In this document: positions 38,970 through 51,935 of the stretch, piece after piece
Numbering within the stretch: the first letter of the stretch is position 1
How the letters are laid out: the number at the start of each line of letters is the position of its first letter
Assembly: GCF_004010195.1 (NCBI RefSeq)
Contig: NC_057718.1
Span: 57,427,023 to 57,491,022, forward strand
Direction of reading: 5' to 3'
Length of the DNA: 64,000 nucleotides
From: Chiloscyllium plagiosum
Lineage: Eukaryota
Made by a program: the position numbers and the translations under genes
The notes under the pieces: model-generated
Databases searched by the model: none
What the model was told of the DNA's origin: nothing
The model's input: only the letters and a program-made list of their open reading frames with translations

Positions 38970-40473
38970 CTAATCTTCATCTAAAGTCATTAGGGAAACG
39001 GCTTCCCGTTCTCGTGCTAATTCCGGGCATTCCCGTTTAAAATGCTCCACTTTCCCGCAATGGTAACACCCTGCCTGTTACCTCCTTTCCCGGGTGTCTA
39101 ACCTTTGTCTTTCGTGTCCTCCCCTATCCTTCCTGTTATCCCCTGATCCCAGTCTCCTTTTTGTTAGTTCTTCTACTGCCGCCACCATCATTTTGGCTTT
39201 CTGTTTCTGCTTCTCGTCTTCCCTTTTCACATACACTTTCTGTGCCTCACATAACAGTTCTTCCATCTATCTTTCACTCCATTCATCTAATTTCTGTAAT
39301 TTATTTTGTATGTCCGGCCATGATTTAGTTACAAACTGGACCTTTAAGAGTCCCTGTGCTATCGGATTATCGGGATCCATTCCCGAATACTTCCTTGTGG
39401 CCTCCTTGAGCCTTTTAAGAACTGCAGAAGGGTTTTCATCCTTCTCTTGCCGTACTTCAAAGGCCTTAACAAAGTTTTATGATCTAGGTGCCGCCTCTTT
39501 AATTCCTAATATTACCATTTCTCGTAGATCCTGCATTGACTCCCTATCTTCTCTGTCGTTATTTTCCCAATGAGGGTCAACATTTGAGAATTTCTGTTCT
39601 ACTGGGGCCCCTCCTTCCCCGACTGGGTGCTTCTTTTCCCATTCCTATAAAGCCTCTCTCCTAATCATACCTCGTTCTTCCCCTGAAAATAACGTTCCTA
39701 AAATTGCCATCAGTTCTCCCCAGGTATATAAATTAGGCCCTAGGAATTGATCTAATTGTTCGGCTAGTCCAACTGGGTCCTCTATTAAACTTTTCATTTC
39801 CTTTTTAAAGAACCTAACTTCACTGCTAGTTAAGGGAGCGTTTACATATCCGATTGTACCTTCCCCAATCGGAACATCTCTTAAGGGACATAATTTTATA
39901 TTTTCCATTATCCCTGCCCCTCCTTTACGTGTGGTGGCTCGAGTGTTTCTGAGCCACCCTAGGTTCTGCATCTTTTAGTTCAGAGTCGGTTCCCCTTTCT
40001 GTGTCTGGACTCGGTTCTACTTCGGGAGCTGTAGGCTCGTTCCGGGGAGTAGTATATGGGGGTGGATCCCATTGTGGCTTCCCTTGTTCATTCTTTTTCT
40101 GTTCTTTCCCTGATTCCTCCGTATTCATGGGACATAATTTTACTCCCGTGCTCCCTATCCAACATGCCGCATAATTGGACTCTTTTTGACTGTACGGTTC
40201 TTTTCGATTGACATATATATTAAAATCTTGACACAGCCAATCCTCATCGGACCCCCATATTTGGGTCAAAAAAAATACCAGACGCCTTAATACTTTCTCG
40301 AGTCCAAACGAAACAACAATAGTTTATCATTGTAGCCTTCTCTTTCTCCCACGTCCGGGAGTTGTGTTCCCAATTACCCAACATTTTCCCCAAAGGACTG
40401 TCGGGTGGAATATATTCCCCTTAACGTTATTAACAGATTGGTCGTTACACAGGCAACTCCCCATGCCTCCCAT
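38970..40473 (-). pseudogene. gag: gag, copy A (MA-p12-CA-NC), frameshifted
   Basis: ATGGGAGGC start, IPPDSPLGKMLGNW, late domains PPPY and PTAP, GYVNAPLTSSEVRFFKKE...LDQFLGP, CYHCGKVEHFKREC, and a TAG stop. Confidence 0.93.
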
Positions 40474-41357
40474 TGTTGCTAATTTAATTAATCTTAACGA
40501 GGTCCGGTGTCACCTTCTTCCATACCCCCTTCAGGGTCCTGACTAGACACCTTACTCGTCCGATTAATCTGACCAATTATGTGTTTTTTTTTTGAGACTT
40601 CAACTGTTCTCCATAATTCACTTTTATGTAAGGATAAGAGATTAGTTAGAAACTGATGGTAAGGCAGTCATGACCTGTAAAAAGAACAGGAGTTAACATT
40701 TTATTTCATAATCTGTAAAATCTTTAACTTTAAAAGAAATCATGTTAAAATTTCCATAGTAGAAATCAGATTCAAAACAGTCCCGGATCTCAAGCTCCAG
40801 GGAACAAAGCACAAACATTCAATCTCACAGACACTTTGAGCTTCCCGCAACAACTCCTCTAGCTTTTGAATATTTTTCTGGACGTCTGGCCGTAAGTTAG
40901 TTATGAAGTGCACCCTCAGTAGCCCTTCAGCTACTAGCCCTTCTGACATGGGCTGTTTTCTATTGACATATGCTTTATTTTATATATCGCCAATTCCCCG
41001 TACTTTTGTACGTCCCGACCACCAAGGCAATACTTCAAGGTCTCTTTTCTTACCTTGGTCTGTGCACAGAGTTATCTGGTCTTTTCGGTGCGCCCCGTCC
41101 CGCGGCAATTCCTGCAGCAAATACTGCTGCCCCCAGTCGCCCGGATATATCCTTTAAGACCTTTGCTTACCCAGGTATTGTGCACAAGAGTTGCCCAACC
41201 GAACCCGCCGCGTCTGCCCGCCTTGATTCCAGGGTCTCCCAGTCCGGATCATACTCGTCCAAACCGCGAACGACAAGCAAGGGAGTCGGAGATCACTGAA
41301 ATTTGTGAGGTGCACCTCCCCCGTCATCCCAAGAGTGTCGAGCGGTCGGAGTTTTAG

Positions 41358-41375
41358 ATCCCAGACGAGCCCCAA
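41358..41375 (-). promoter_or_regulatory. Primer-binding site, tRNA-Pro type
   Basis: TTGGGGCTCGTCTGGGAT differs at two positions from the tRNA-Pro PBS TGGGGGCTCGTCCGGGAT and lies immediately after the 5' LTR. Confidence 0.88.
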
Positions 41376-41376
41376 T

Positions 41377-41916
41377 TGTGAGAAACAGAACTCACTCACA
41401 AATCAGCCTGAGACAAAGCCTTGGAAACAAGAACAATTTATTACAGCCTTGCAAGTACCGGACGATTCTGCAATCAAGCAGAAATGCGCACGAAAACAGA
41501 GCATGTAAGCATTCTGACTCAGTTTGTAAGTTGCGGAATCACGCCTCCCTTTTCCCATCCTATCATAAGCTGATTACCTCACTTGTTTTTTCTCTCTAGT
41601 TATTTTCTTATCTGGCCATCCTGCTGTCCTTGTATGTCTGCGTTTGTTACAGCTTGTTCTTTTATCCAGTTTCTCTTATCATACTATAAGCTTTATTGCG
41701 AAATGCCCCTGCTGCTGCTTTTTGTGGTCAGCTACAACCCTTCATAGTTATTTCCTAGCTTAAAACTATTTTCTTTAAAAGACCCTCTATATTCATTAAA
41801 GTCTTAGCCTTAAGTATGCTACAAGATTCCGCGACCGTTTGTATCATGTTCCCCTTCCCCTCCCTCCACAACATCCCCTCCCCCACCTGCAGAAACTACT
41901 TTTCTAATCTCCCACA
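41377..41916 (-). repeat. ERV 5' LTR (540 bp)
   Basis: Minus-strand TGTGGGAG...TTTCTCACA, with AATAAA at 41437-41442. Confidence 0.95.
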
Positions 41917-43309
41917 GTAGAAGTCAGCAGAGTCCTTATAGGGCTTTCAGTTTAACTGCATTCAGTTCAACTGCACTATTTTAATTTGCTGCATTGTGAG
42001 TGATCTAGGACAATGTTCTTTACCATGCATAGAAGGAAGAGCCAGCTGAGCCTGCAAGTTCAACTATGTTCCACAGACTGTCAAGTGCAACATTGGACCT
42101 TAAAATGAATATTCAACAAAAAAAGCAAAAACACAATTTATTTTCTAAATCATGTTCCCTTATTCAAAACTAATATGTCTGTTATCTCCTTTTGCAACAT
42201 CAATGTATCAATGACTAAACCAAATTGTGAAACTCTGCCTTTCTTTTTGACTGTGGATGCTGAAACGATCTCTTCAGCTGTACTATTCTCGTCTACCATT
42301 CCTACCTGTTTGCCATGAACTTTACTGTGTATAACTTTTGATTTTCCTGTTCAATACCATCAACTTTTGTTTTCATATCTATCACATGCACTTGCAAGGA
42401 TTTATAGATTCCTGAATTTGCTGTCAATCTATCATGACCTCAACCTGAGGCAGGGCTGAAATCTGGAGCTTTACCAGAGCCTGGAAGAATTTTGTTTCCT
42501 CTCTTCCTGTAAATTGTCTGGATTTGACCAACTTCCTCACAGGCATAGCACTTTGACTTGATTTGAGAGCATTTAAATGTTTAGTGATAAAAGGGGAAAA
42601 GTAGCATCTAAATTTCTGACTGAGTCTGTGAACTGGCTTCTGTGCGTCGATATCTGTGAATTCATTGCAGGCAGTGGTTATTTTACAAGTTTTAGTCTAG
42701 GTTTAGTTTTTGCCTCCCAACAAAGCTGGCAACAGAAAGGTAACAGAGTGCAATGTAGTAAAATGCTGATATCTTGCATATGCCACAATGAGCATGGCTT
42801 CGAACTTTTCAGTTAAAACATTTATCTCCATGTTTTTAAACAAAAGTGCAATTAAATTGTGAAGCTTTTATAATACTTTTTTTTTTCTTCAGTTGAATAG
42901 AAATTTTTTTTGCCTGGATATGTATTTTTTACCACAAAATTACAAAATAGATAGGACGAGTAAGGTCTGATTCACTCCAGACCCACAATGTGGTTTATGC
43001 TTATTTTCTCTCTGCCTAGCAAGTCACTCATTCCCAAGGAATCAAGGGATGACAATAAGTGCAGGCGTTGCTGGTGATACCCACCTCCTTAGAGCAATAA
43101 AAACACTTGGAAGAAGCTTTTTTGTGGTTGCAGACCAGTTGGATGTTGACAAAGTATAAACCTTTCCTGTTGGTAGATTTGAGTGGGCATTAACTGGGTA
43201 CGCCTTTGGCCACATGTGTGCAATTGAAGATGCCATGCACCTGGGGAATCCAGTGGTACTGGCAGTATTATTATGCTTCACTTCGGTTGTGTGGAGGAAA
43301 TCAAGCCCC

Positions 43310-43850
43310 AGATAATTCCAAAGGTTCACAGCCACTGAGTATAAATAATTCTTCTCATCTCCTGAGCTAAGTGGCATTTCCCTTATTTTGAAATTGTGTT
43401 TCCTGGTTCTAGACTCCCCAACCAGGGAAAGATCATGCCTGCACCCACCCTGTCTATCCCTTTAAGTATGTTTCAATGAGATCAGCTGTCATTGTTTGAA
43501 ACTCTAGAGGATACAAGCCCAATTTTTCCAATCTATCTATAGGACAGACCTGCCATCCTGGGAACATGTCTGGTGAACCTTCATGGCAGTGTCTTTATGG
43601 TAATAATAATTTTCCTGCGATAAGATGACCAAAACTGCACAGAGTATTCCAGGTGTTGTCTAACCAAGTTCCTATGTAATTGAAGCAAGAACTCATTGCT
43701 GCTGTACTCAAATCATATTGCAATAGAGGCTACCATTCCATTATACATCTACAGTCCCAACATACATCGATAGTTTCCAACCCCTCACCATTTAAGACAT
43801 ACCCTGCACATCTGTTTCTTCTACCAAAGGGGATAACCTTATATTTTTAT
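43310..43850 (-). mobile_element. CR1 RT C-terminal fragment
   Basis: Reverse-strand CR1 signature (CCTGGTTCTAGACTCCCCAACCAGGG; GACCAAAACTGCACAGAGTATTCCAGG). Confidence 0.8.
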
Positions 43851-44922
43851 GCATTTATTCCTTTTGTTTGCAAGGCCGCATCTGTTAATGTATTATTTAG
43901 CCATGGCAAAGATGGCATTAGTGACCTGTGAGATTCAGTGCTTCTTTTTCCCATTTGCAAGATGCCACAAACATGCAGAGCTGATCTCTGGACAAAGCGA
44001 AAACAAAAGCTTTAAAGACCGTCGTGACCTTGATGTTTACTGTGAGAGCATGATAGCAAGTTCTGTTGGGTGTCAAGTTTTCAGCAAGTAGGGCACAAAT
44101 GTTTGGTTCCATCGAGCTGGTGAGATACCGATTCCTGCAACTCGTTCATCACAATCTCCAGGTGTTTTTGACTTCACCGTTAGATTCTGTTGAGGCTATA
44201 ATTTCGTGACCTTTCTACCACCCATTCCTCCTCATATCCTTCAGCTGCTTGAGATTTCACTCTTCCTGCACCTGATGTTATACCTCATTGTTCCAGACTA
44301 AAAATCTGACAGTCATTCCACCAGCCTTCCTTCATAGCAATTGGTCACCCAATTGTCCTGGGTGACCTTGTCCTAGCTATGATTGAATGGTGGAGCAGAC
44401 TCGATGGACTGAATGGCCTAATTTCAGCTCCTATGTCTTATGATCTTATGATGTCAGGGGGTGCTGAGCTATTTGATGCCAAGCACTGAATATCCACTCT
44501 TCCTGCCATCTGTGCAGTATAAAGGGGCACCTCTTAAATCATAGGTGGCCCCTTTCCATCCCACAACATCTTATGGATTTAGGGTGAAGCCATGAGTACT
44601 TTTTAACCCACCTTTCTTCTGCTAATGTCTCTGAAACTGTGGGTAACCTGTGCATCTCTTCAAAAGCTTAAACGCCCAACCTTGACAAGATTCAACAAGC
44701 TCTTAAACCATTTTAATTAACCTCTTTTGGGAGGAGAGCAGGATTCAAGTTCCAGCTGTCATGAACATTGTCTGTGCCAGGGGCATCACTCTGTAATTGA
44801 CATACACCCAGTGTGTCATTTTCAAGGTCTAGCAATAAGGATCTTATCTTTTGGATGGCCCCAGACATTCTGGCCATAATTCCTGCTGACTCTTCAGTGC
44901 CACTGAGCTACTGTCATTCACT

Positions 44923-45160
44923 TGAAGAAAGTGAGGACTGCAGATGCTGGAGATCAGAATCAAAAAGTGTGGCACCGGAAAAGCCCAGCCGGTTGGGCAG
45001 CATTTGAGGAGCAGGAGCCACCAGCACTATTCCCCACCCCCCCTCCCCAAACCCCTGCACAGACATTCTGAATAGAGAACTTATGCTCAAAATGGCATCT
45101 ATTCTAGTTCTCGAATGTTGCCTGACTGGCTGATATTTTCCAGCACCACACTTTTTGTCT
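44923..45160. mobile_element. Two Penelope terminal-repeat fragments in inverted arrangement
   Basis: AAAAAGTGTGGCACCGGAAAAG (minus-oriented) and TTTCCAGCACCACACTTTTT (plus-oriented) are near reverse complements. Confidence 0.65.
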
Positions 45161-45259
45161 TTCTGTTGAGATAAAGTAAAGCCTTGCCCGCCTGTTCAGT
45201 TGGATCTTATTCTGCTTAATATTTATCCTTCAGAAAACAATTAATTGATTGTTACTGTG

Positions 45260-45372
45260 AGGGCTGTTGTGGTACAATGGTGGTGTCCCTAACCCTAGGG
45301 CAAAAGGAGCCCAGATTCAAGTCCCACCTGCTCTGGAGATGTGTAATAATATTTCTGAACTGGTGGATTATT
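45260..45372 (+). mobile_element. tRNA-derived SINE head fragment
   Basis: A-box-like GTGGTACAATGG and B-box-like AGATTCAAGTCCC. Confidence 0.45.
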
Positions 45373-45924
45373 TACATTTGATTTAGTTGCCATTTTTGCT
45401 CTTTTTTCAAAATAATGGCAATACTATTAAAGTAACTTATAGCTATGAATGCTTGTGATTTTAAAACCATCATATAACAATACACAATTCTTCCTTTTCA
45501 AGGTTTTAAAATCCACATTTGTATTCATCTTAATTTAATTGTCCAACAAACAGGTAAATCACAAGATTCTTCTCTGCTGGACTATTCCCTTTGCTGCTGT
45601 GACCAAAATGATGATGATACAAAAAGAGGTGGTTGAGTTTGGAGAGGGTGCGGGGTTTTTGATAGAATTTTCCTCTTTTGTATGCACGTTGCAGGAACAT
45701 TAATCTGCAAATTATGCACCCAGTCTGTGTTTTCCATTAATTAAAATTAGTGCATGGAAATTCTCAATTTCTCAACATGAACTCCCAAATCACTCCAAGA
45801 ATGTAAAAATTGTGAATTTTCACTGGCCTGATAAGAGCAGAATGATTTTTGTTAACACTATTTTGGCTATGTAATTTAATGTTCTATTTGTTTTGATCAT
45901 TGCTGCTACATTAAGAGAAGTTCC

Positions 45925-46265
45925 TTTTCGACTGGGACAACACATCCATCGTAGAACAAGCCAAACAAAGACACGCACGAGAATTCCTAGAAACATGGCA
46001 TTCCAACTGGAACTCTGTCAACAAACACAACGAGTTGGACCCCTTCTACCACCCCCTGAGAAAAGGAACAGGAAGTGACTTCACCACAGAAAATAACATC
46101 ACCACAGGAAATGACATCACCAACCCAAAGAAACCCAAACATATAAATAGAAAGCAGGAAGTTTCAGCATTGCTTTGCGTGAAGCCCATTGAAGAAGTTA
46201 CCTAGTAAGGTAACAAAACCACAGGAAATGAATGTTTCAGCTCAGCAAGCAAACCTACATCCAAA
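45925..46265 (+). mobile_element. Penelope-like element 3' fragment
   Basis: FDWDNTSIVEQAKQRHAREFLETWHS; homologous to 30115-30422. Confidence 0.88.
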
Positions 46266-46632
46266 ACATCACAGTTAAATATTTTAAGCACCACATTTCT
46301 TTCAACTTCACCATTGCTGGTAATAATTACCCTTTCATTCCTTCTTTTAATGGGCTGAAACATCATCTGCTACCTTTCGATATATATGTACATTTATCTA
46401 ACTCAACTTTTAGCTTTCATGCTGTCTTTATAAATTCATCCAACATCCCAATCAGTGTTACCCTATGAACTGAAGTTGTTAATTTTAACAAGAGATAGAA
46501 AACGCCTTTTGGGCATTCATAACAGTACTTATCATAGTTCCAAATAAGAGGTTTGTAAATTTTGTTTTGTGACTGTGTCTTTAATTTGGAATCAAATAAA
46601 CAGAATACATACGACTTGTTCAGAAGTTTACC

Positions 46633-47502
46633 TGTGTGATGTGGCTGTTAAAGATTAAAAGGAGCCTTATTTGTTTTTAGAATAGTATAAGGTATTCACA
46701 TGGAAACAATGGCAGCACCATCTGTGTTTACAATTGTTACACTGCTTGTCTTCAAAGTTCCATAACATATTGAAAATATTGGATGGAAAACAGTAAGGTT
46801 TTAATCTGTCCATTTATTTACAAGATGAAAGAGAAATGGCTCTCAAGAATTTCTCTCCGGATACAATGCCCATGTGATTTGTTTTGCCATAAAATGGGGT
46901 TTGAGAGGTTGGGTTTTTATGATACCTCTGAAAATCCACAAACACAAGTAGTCTATCAGAATGTAGGAGATAGAGAGAAGCTAGAAGCTGAAAGTCTCTG
47001 TGGTACTCAGCACTGGAATATGAGTGGGAGTTAGAGTTGAGATTGTAAAGATCAAATTTGGAAGGATTTAAAATGAAGTTGGAAGATTTGCCTAACTTGT
47101 GCTAAGGGCAGAATCTCCACCAAAAACAGTCATGCTATGAAAAAGACAGTTCTAGGATTTAAAGTTACAAGGCTGGGAAAAGGAAAGAAAATGGAAATAA
47201 AGCTTTTATAGCACTAAATTGCTCTGAATTTTTTCCAAGAGAATTGGAAGTCTACATTAGGAACAGTGTAGTGTATAATTGTGAAGTGGAGTTTGCAATT
47301 ATGTTAAAAAGAAAAAGAGTAAGCTTTTTCTGGTAGTTTAAAGTATAAGTTGCTGACACAAATAGTGTTTAGTCAATTTTGCTCTTAGTTTGCTTGTTAC
47401 AAGAAAGGTTTAAAGAGATGAAATGTTGTCATGTCATCTTTCAACTATTTGGGAATTTCAAACTTTTTGTTTTCAAGTAATTCGTTCTGTGAGGAGTGTA
47501 AC
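46633..47502 (+). mobile_element. Possible solo LTR, old
   Basis: TGT...GTAACA ends and LTR-like composition only; no TSD confirmed. Confidence 0.3.
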
Positions 47503-50359
47503 ATCTTGATCTGTGAATAATGTGCTGCTTCTTACAGTCTAGCCAATTTCTTAATCATTTGGAAACTTTATTTTAAATTGCTGCTGATTTAATTAAAGGT
47601 GCAAGCATTCTCTGTGCTACTTTGCCAAAAGCAGTTTGGAGATATTGGTACAACGCAATATGAAGCTCCACACTGTCCACTTGTGACATCGCTTCCTCAA
47701 AAAAAGTCAAGATGATTTGTTCAGCAGGATCTTTTCTCATTTTCATTCCATAAGTATGAATTCACAGATGCAACAGATTATTAACAGTGCTTTTGGATGG
47801 AGAAGTGTTTAAGTCACAATGACATAATCACATGTTTATTTCACTTAATTTATCTTAATATTATTTGTATAAAGGCAAATCATTACTGATTCCCAAGTTC
47901 GCTCCTTCCATTCCTTATTGAATAATGATGCTGTTCTCCCATTATGTGCACATCTGGTCACAAGCATCTTTAGTTGCCCTGACCCATTATATATTTATAT
48001 ATAAAGAGTTACACAATATTTTTAATGTGCCCTAAAGGATCTCATAAGATTTATTTCAAACATCTGTAAGGACCATATAGATTGGCCCCCAGGATATTTT
48101 TGGTAACAGATGGGCCTGTTTTGCTCTGTAGAGGATCCCTGGTATTTGCTGAACAGCATGTTGCTTTTTTGTGCAACTAGGTGATTCATTTTTATTTATG
48201 TTTCCAGCAAACATTATTATTTAATTTTGATTCATTTCAAGTCATTATTGTTTTTAGTATGGAATAATAGTGTAGATTCATTACATAATTGGAATATAAA
48301 ATGCTATTTAAACTAACAATAGTATTGGGTAATAAAGTAATTTCTGTGGTGTAATTTAAATTAAGATGTTGCAATTGACCATGGTTATAACCCTCACCAT
48401 CTGACAATTTAATATTGACAGCTGGGGAAATACTACATGGCTAAATGCAACTCACTTGAACCAATACAAATTATCATAATGTTTACACTACCAAAACCCT
48501 ATTAAGATACATATAAATGATTGAATAAGTTACATTGAAGTCATATGACAATATTAATATCATGACTTTCTATTCTTTTATTGCCCCATGAATTGTAATA
48601 GTAGTAACTTAGGAGATACTTTAGCTGAAAGAATTAATATGTAAGGTTACAAAGGCAGTTTAATTATACAACAGTAACTCAGTGTTAGTTGCAATGTTCG
48701 CATAACATGGCAATCTTATGATCAATGTCCAAAACTGCTATCAAGTTCAAATAAGGTTAATATCTGATGAGACACATTTATATCTTTGAATAACCAGGCT
48801 CTGAATATATTGAAAGGTTAGTCATTTAACTTATTGCTCATAAAGTAAGAGATTTGAGGTTTGAAATTTTATTCAATCATATCCTTCCCAAGCTGGCGTT
48901 ACAAGTTTAATATTTTTCCCTCACTTGAATAGCCAGCCTGATGAATCTTTACCTGCTGTGATAGTTTAGCCTTCTTCCAATGTTTGCTCTCACTTTGTAG
49001 CACTTCTATTTGTTTTGCTAGAAGCTGAATTCTTACATCAAGTGATGGAATTATTTACCTGAATTCCATTAAATTTTCTCTTTCTCAAAATAAATTCTCT
49101 CCTTGGCTTCCATAATCAAATTTTTGTTTTTTTTGGTCAAAATATCACATTTTACACATTTGATCTCCGAAGTAAAGCAATTACAATTTCCACAAACTAT
49201 GTTATACACCTTTTTCGCACAAATGTCTTATTTGTTGCTACTAACTTGTATGGCAATGTGAAGTATTTAGAATGGACACAAATTAAATTACTTGTGAGAA
49301 GCAGGGTTTGCTCGTTAGTTGCATACTTTTTTTTCTGGTCTTAAATGATATTGGTAAGACAATTCCCGATTTATTTGCAAATTTATTTTCATGTCTGTAA
49401 ATAATGATGCAGTATAGGACAAGGATTAGATCTCTTGGTCGAACAAAATATAGTCCTCCATAAAACTTTTGACGAGTCTCGATGTGCTGAGCTCCAGCAA
49501 CTAATTAGAAACAGATGCTAACAGTGAAAGATCCTTTGTCCTCACAGTTTGTCTTTGAGTAGCCATAGATCTTAGTATTAACTCTTTCTACTTACAACAG
49601 TGCAGCAGAATTGTTGCAAGTATCATTTTTATGACAGTTTGAGACTGATTAATAAATTCATAAGTACTTTCCCTAAACTTTCTCATAACTAGTACCTTCT
49701 AGGGCCAAATCACAGGGATATCTTACTCCTTTCAGATTCGATTTACCAAAACACCCACCTCTAATTCTTCAAGTCCATACTTGCTGTGAATTTCCTCTCA
49801 TCCTCAAAATTTATCTGGCATACCTATCCGTTTAATTCAGCTGAGGTGATACTCTTGTTTCAAAAGATCTTCCCTCTTTCCCTCATGAAGGCCTCATGAT
49901 TGACCTCTTTCCATTCCCACCAATCATTTATCAGTTGCTAGTCTCTATCTAGAGTGTCTTTTAACGTGTGCTGATTTTTTCATTTTCCATCTGAACACCA
50001 ATTACTAAGTACCTATACTATCACTTTAATTTTGCAGATTCACCACTTACAGCATTTTTCCCCTTCTCTCACACTCATAAACATTGTTCTCCCATTCTTA
50101 TTCCTCCCTGTCAATGCCTTTTATTTGTTCCTTTCATTCCAATTCATTTATTTCTTAAAATTTCCTCGTGTTTCCTTCAAGTTGTTTCATTTGCTCCCTT
50201 CATTGCATTAATTTACCTTTTTCATTTTCACTCCTTTTCCTTTGCCTTCTCTCTTTGTCATCCATTACCCACTCCACACATATTGAAGTCCACCTTTATT
50301 TGACTTCTATTTCCTTTGTTTGGATCATTCTTCCTTCTCAAGGTGTTTGTGGACTGAGG

Positions 50360-51935
50360 ATAGAACATAGAACATTACAGCGCAGTACAGGCCCTTCGGC
50401 CCTCGATGTTGCACCAACCTGTCATACCAATCTGAAGCCCATCTAACCTACACTATTCCATGTACGCCCATATGCTTGTCCAATGACAACTTAAATGTAC
50501 TTAAAGTTGGCGAATCTACTACCGTTGCAGGCAAAGCATTCCATACCCTTACTAGTCTCTGAGTAAAGAAATTACCTCTGACATCTGTCCTATATCTATC
50601 ACCCCTCAATTTAAAGCTATGCCCCCTCGTACTCGCCATCACCATACTTGGAAAAAGGCTCTCCCTGTCCACCCTATCTAACCCTCTGATTATCTTATAT
50701 GTCNNNNNNNNNNNNNNNNNNNNNNNNNNNNNNNNNNNNNNNNNNNNNNNNNNNNNNNNNNNCCGGAACTCGATCCCTCTATTAATAAAAGCTAAAACAC
50801 CGTATGCCTTCTTAACAATCCTGTCAATCTGGGTGGCAACTTTCAAGGATCTGTGTACATGAACACCGAGATCGCTCTGCTCCTCTACATTATCAAGAAT
50901 CTTACCATTAGCCCAGTACTTTGCATTCCGGTTACTCCGACCAATGTGAATCACCTCACACTTGTCTGCATTAAACTCCATTTGCCACCTCTCAGCTCAG
51001 CTCTGCAGCTTATCTATGTCTCTCCGTAACCTCCAACATCCTTCGTCACTATCCACAAATCCACCGACCTTAGTATCGTTTGCAAATTTACTAACACACC
51101 CTTCTACGCCCTCATCAAGGTCGTTTATAAAAATGACAAACAGCAGTGACCCTTGCGGTACACCACTCGTAACTGGACTCCAGGATGAACATTTCCCATC
51201 AACCACCACCTTCTGTCTTCTTTCAGCAAGCCAATTACTGATCCAAACTGCTTTATCTCCCACAATCCCATTCCTCCGCATTTTGTACAATAGCCTGCTG
51301 TGGGGAACCTTATCAAATGCCTTGCTGAAATCCATATACACCACATCAACCGGTTTATTCTCATCTACCCGTTTGGTCACCTTCTCAAAACCGTGCTGAC
51401 TGTCCCTAATCAAATTATTCTCTTCTAGATGATTATAAGTCCTGTCTCTTATAACTTTTTCCAACACTTTACCAACAACTGAAGTAAGACTCACTGTTCT
51501 ATAATTACCAGGGTTATCTCTACTCCCCTTCTGGAACAGGGAAACCACATTTGCTATCCTCCAGTCTTCTGGCACTATTCCTGTAGACAATGACGATTTA
51601 AAGATCAATGCCAAAGGCTCGGCAATCTCCTCCCTGGTTTCCCAGAGGATCCTAGGATAAATTCCATCTGGCCCAGGGGACTTACCTATTTTCACACTCT
51701 GCAGGATTTCTAATACCTCTTCCTTGTGAACCTCTATCCCACCTAGTCTAGTAGCCTGTATCTCAGTCTTCTCCTCGACAACATTGTCATTTTCTAGAGT
51801 GAATACTGTCGAAAAATATTCATTTAGTGCTTCCCCTATCTCCTCTGACTCCACACACAACTTCCCACTACTATCCTTGATTGGCCCTAATCTTACTCTC
51901 GTCGTTCTTTTATTCCTTAAATACCTATAGAAACT
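50360..51935 (-). mobile_element. CR1 LINE ORF2 3' portion, relatively young
   Basis: ORFs 50997-51860 ([28 protein letters not shown]) and 50448-50981. Confidence 0.95.

Larger units (their letters stand above)
34141..41916 (-). mobile_element. Class I (gamma/epsilon-like) endogenous retrovirus, pol-deleted and non-autonomous
   Basis: Paired LTRs, a 4-bp TSD GTAG (34137-34140 and 41917-41920), a tRNA-Pro primer-binding site, a PPT, gag, a protease/IN-CTD fusion and env. Confidence 0.96.

Noticed and set aside
42480..42560. Minus-strand KCYACEEVGQI, resembling a zinc knuckle
   Set aside because: The CCHC pattern is incomplete and I found no supporting gag or pol motifs nearby, so it is too weak to call.
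48757..48768. TTAATATCTGAT match to U2 snRNA
   Set aside because: It is only a 12-mer in AT-rich DNA and the flanks do not match.
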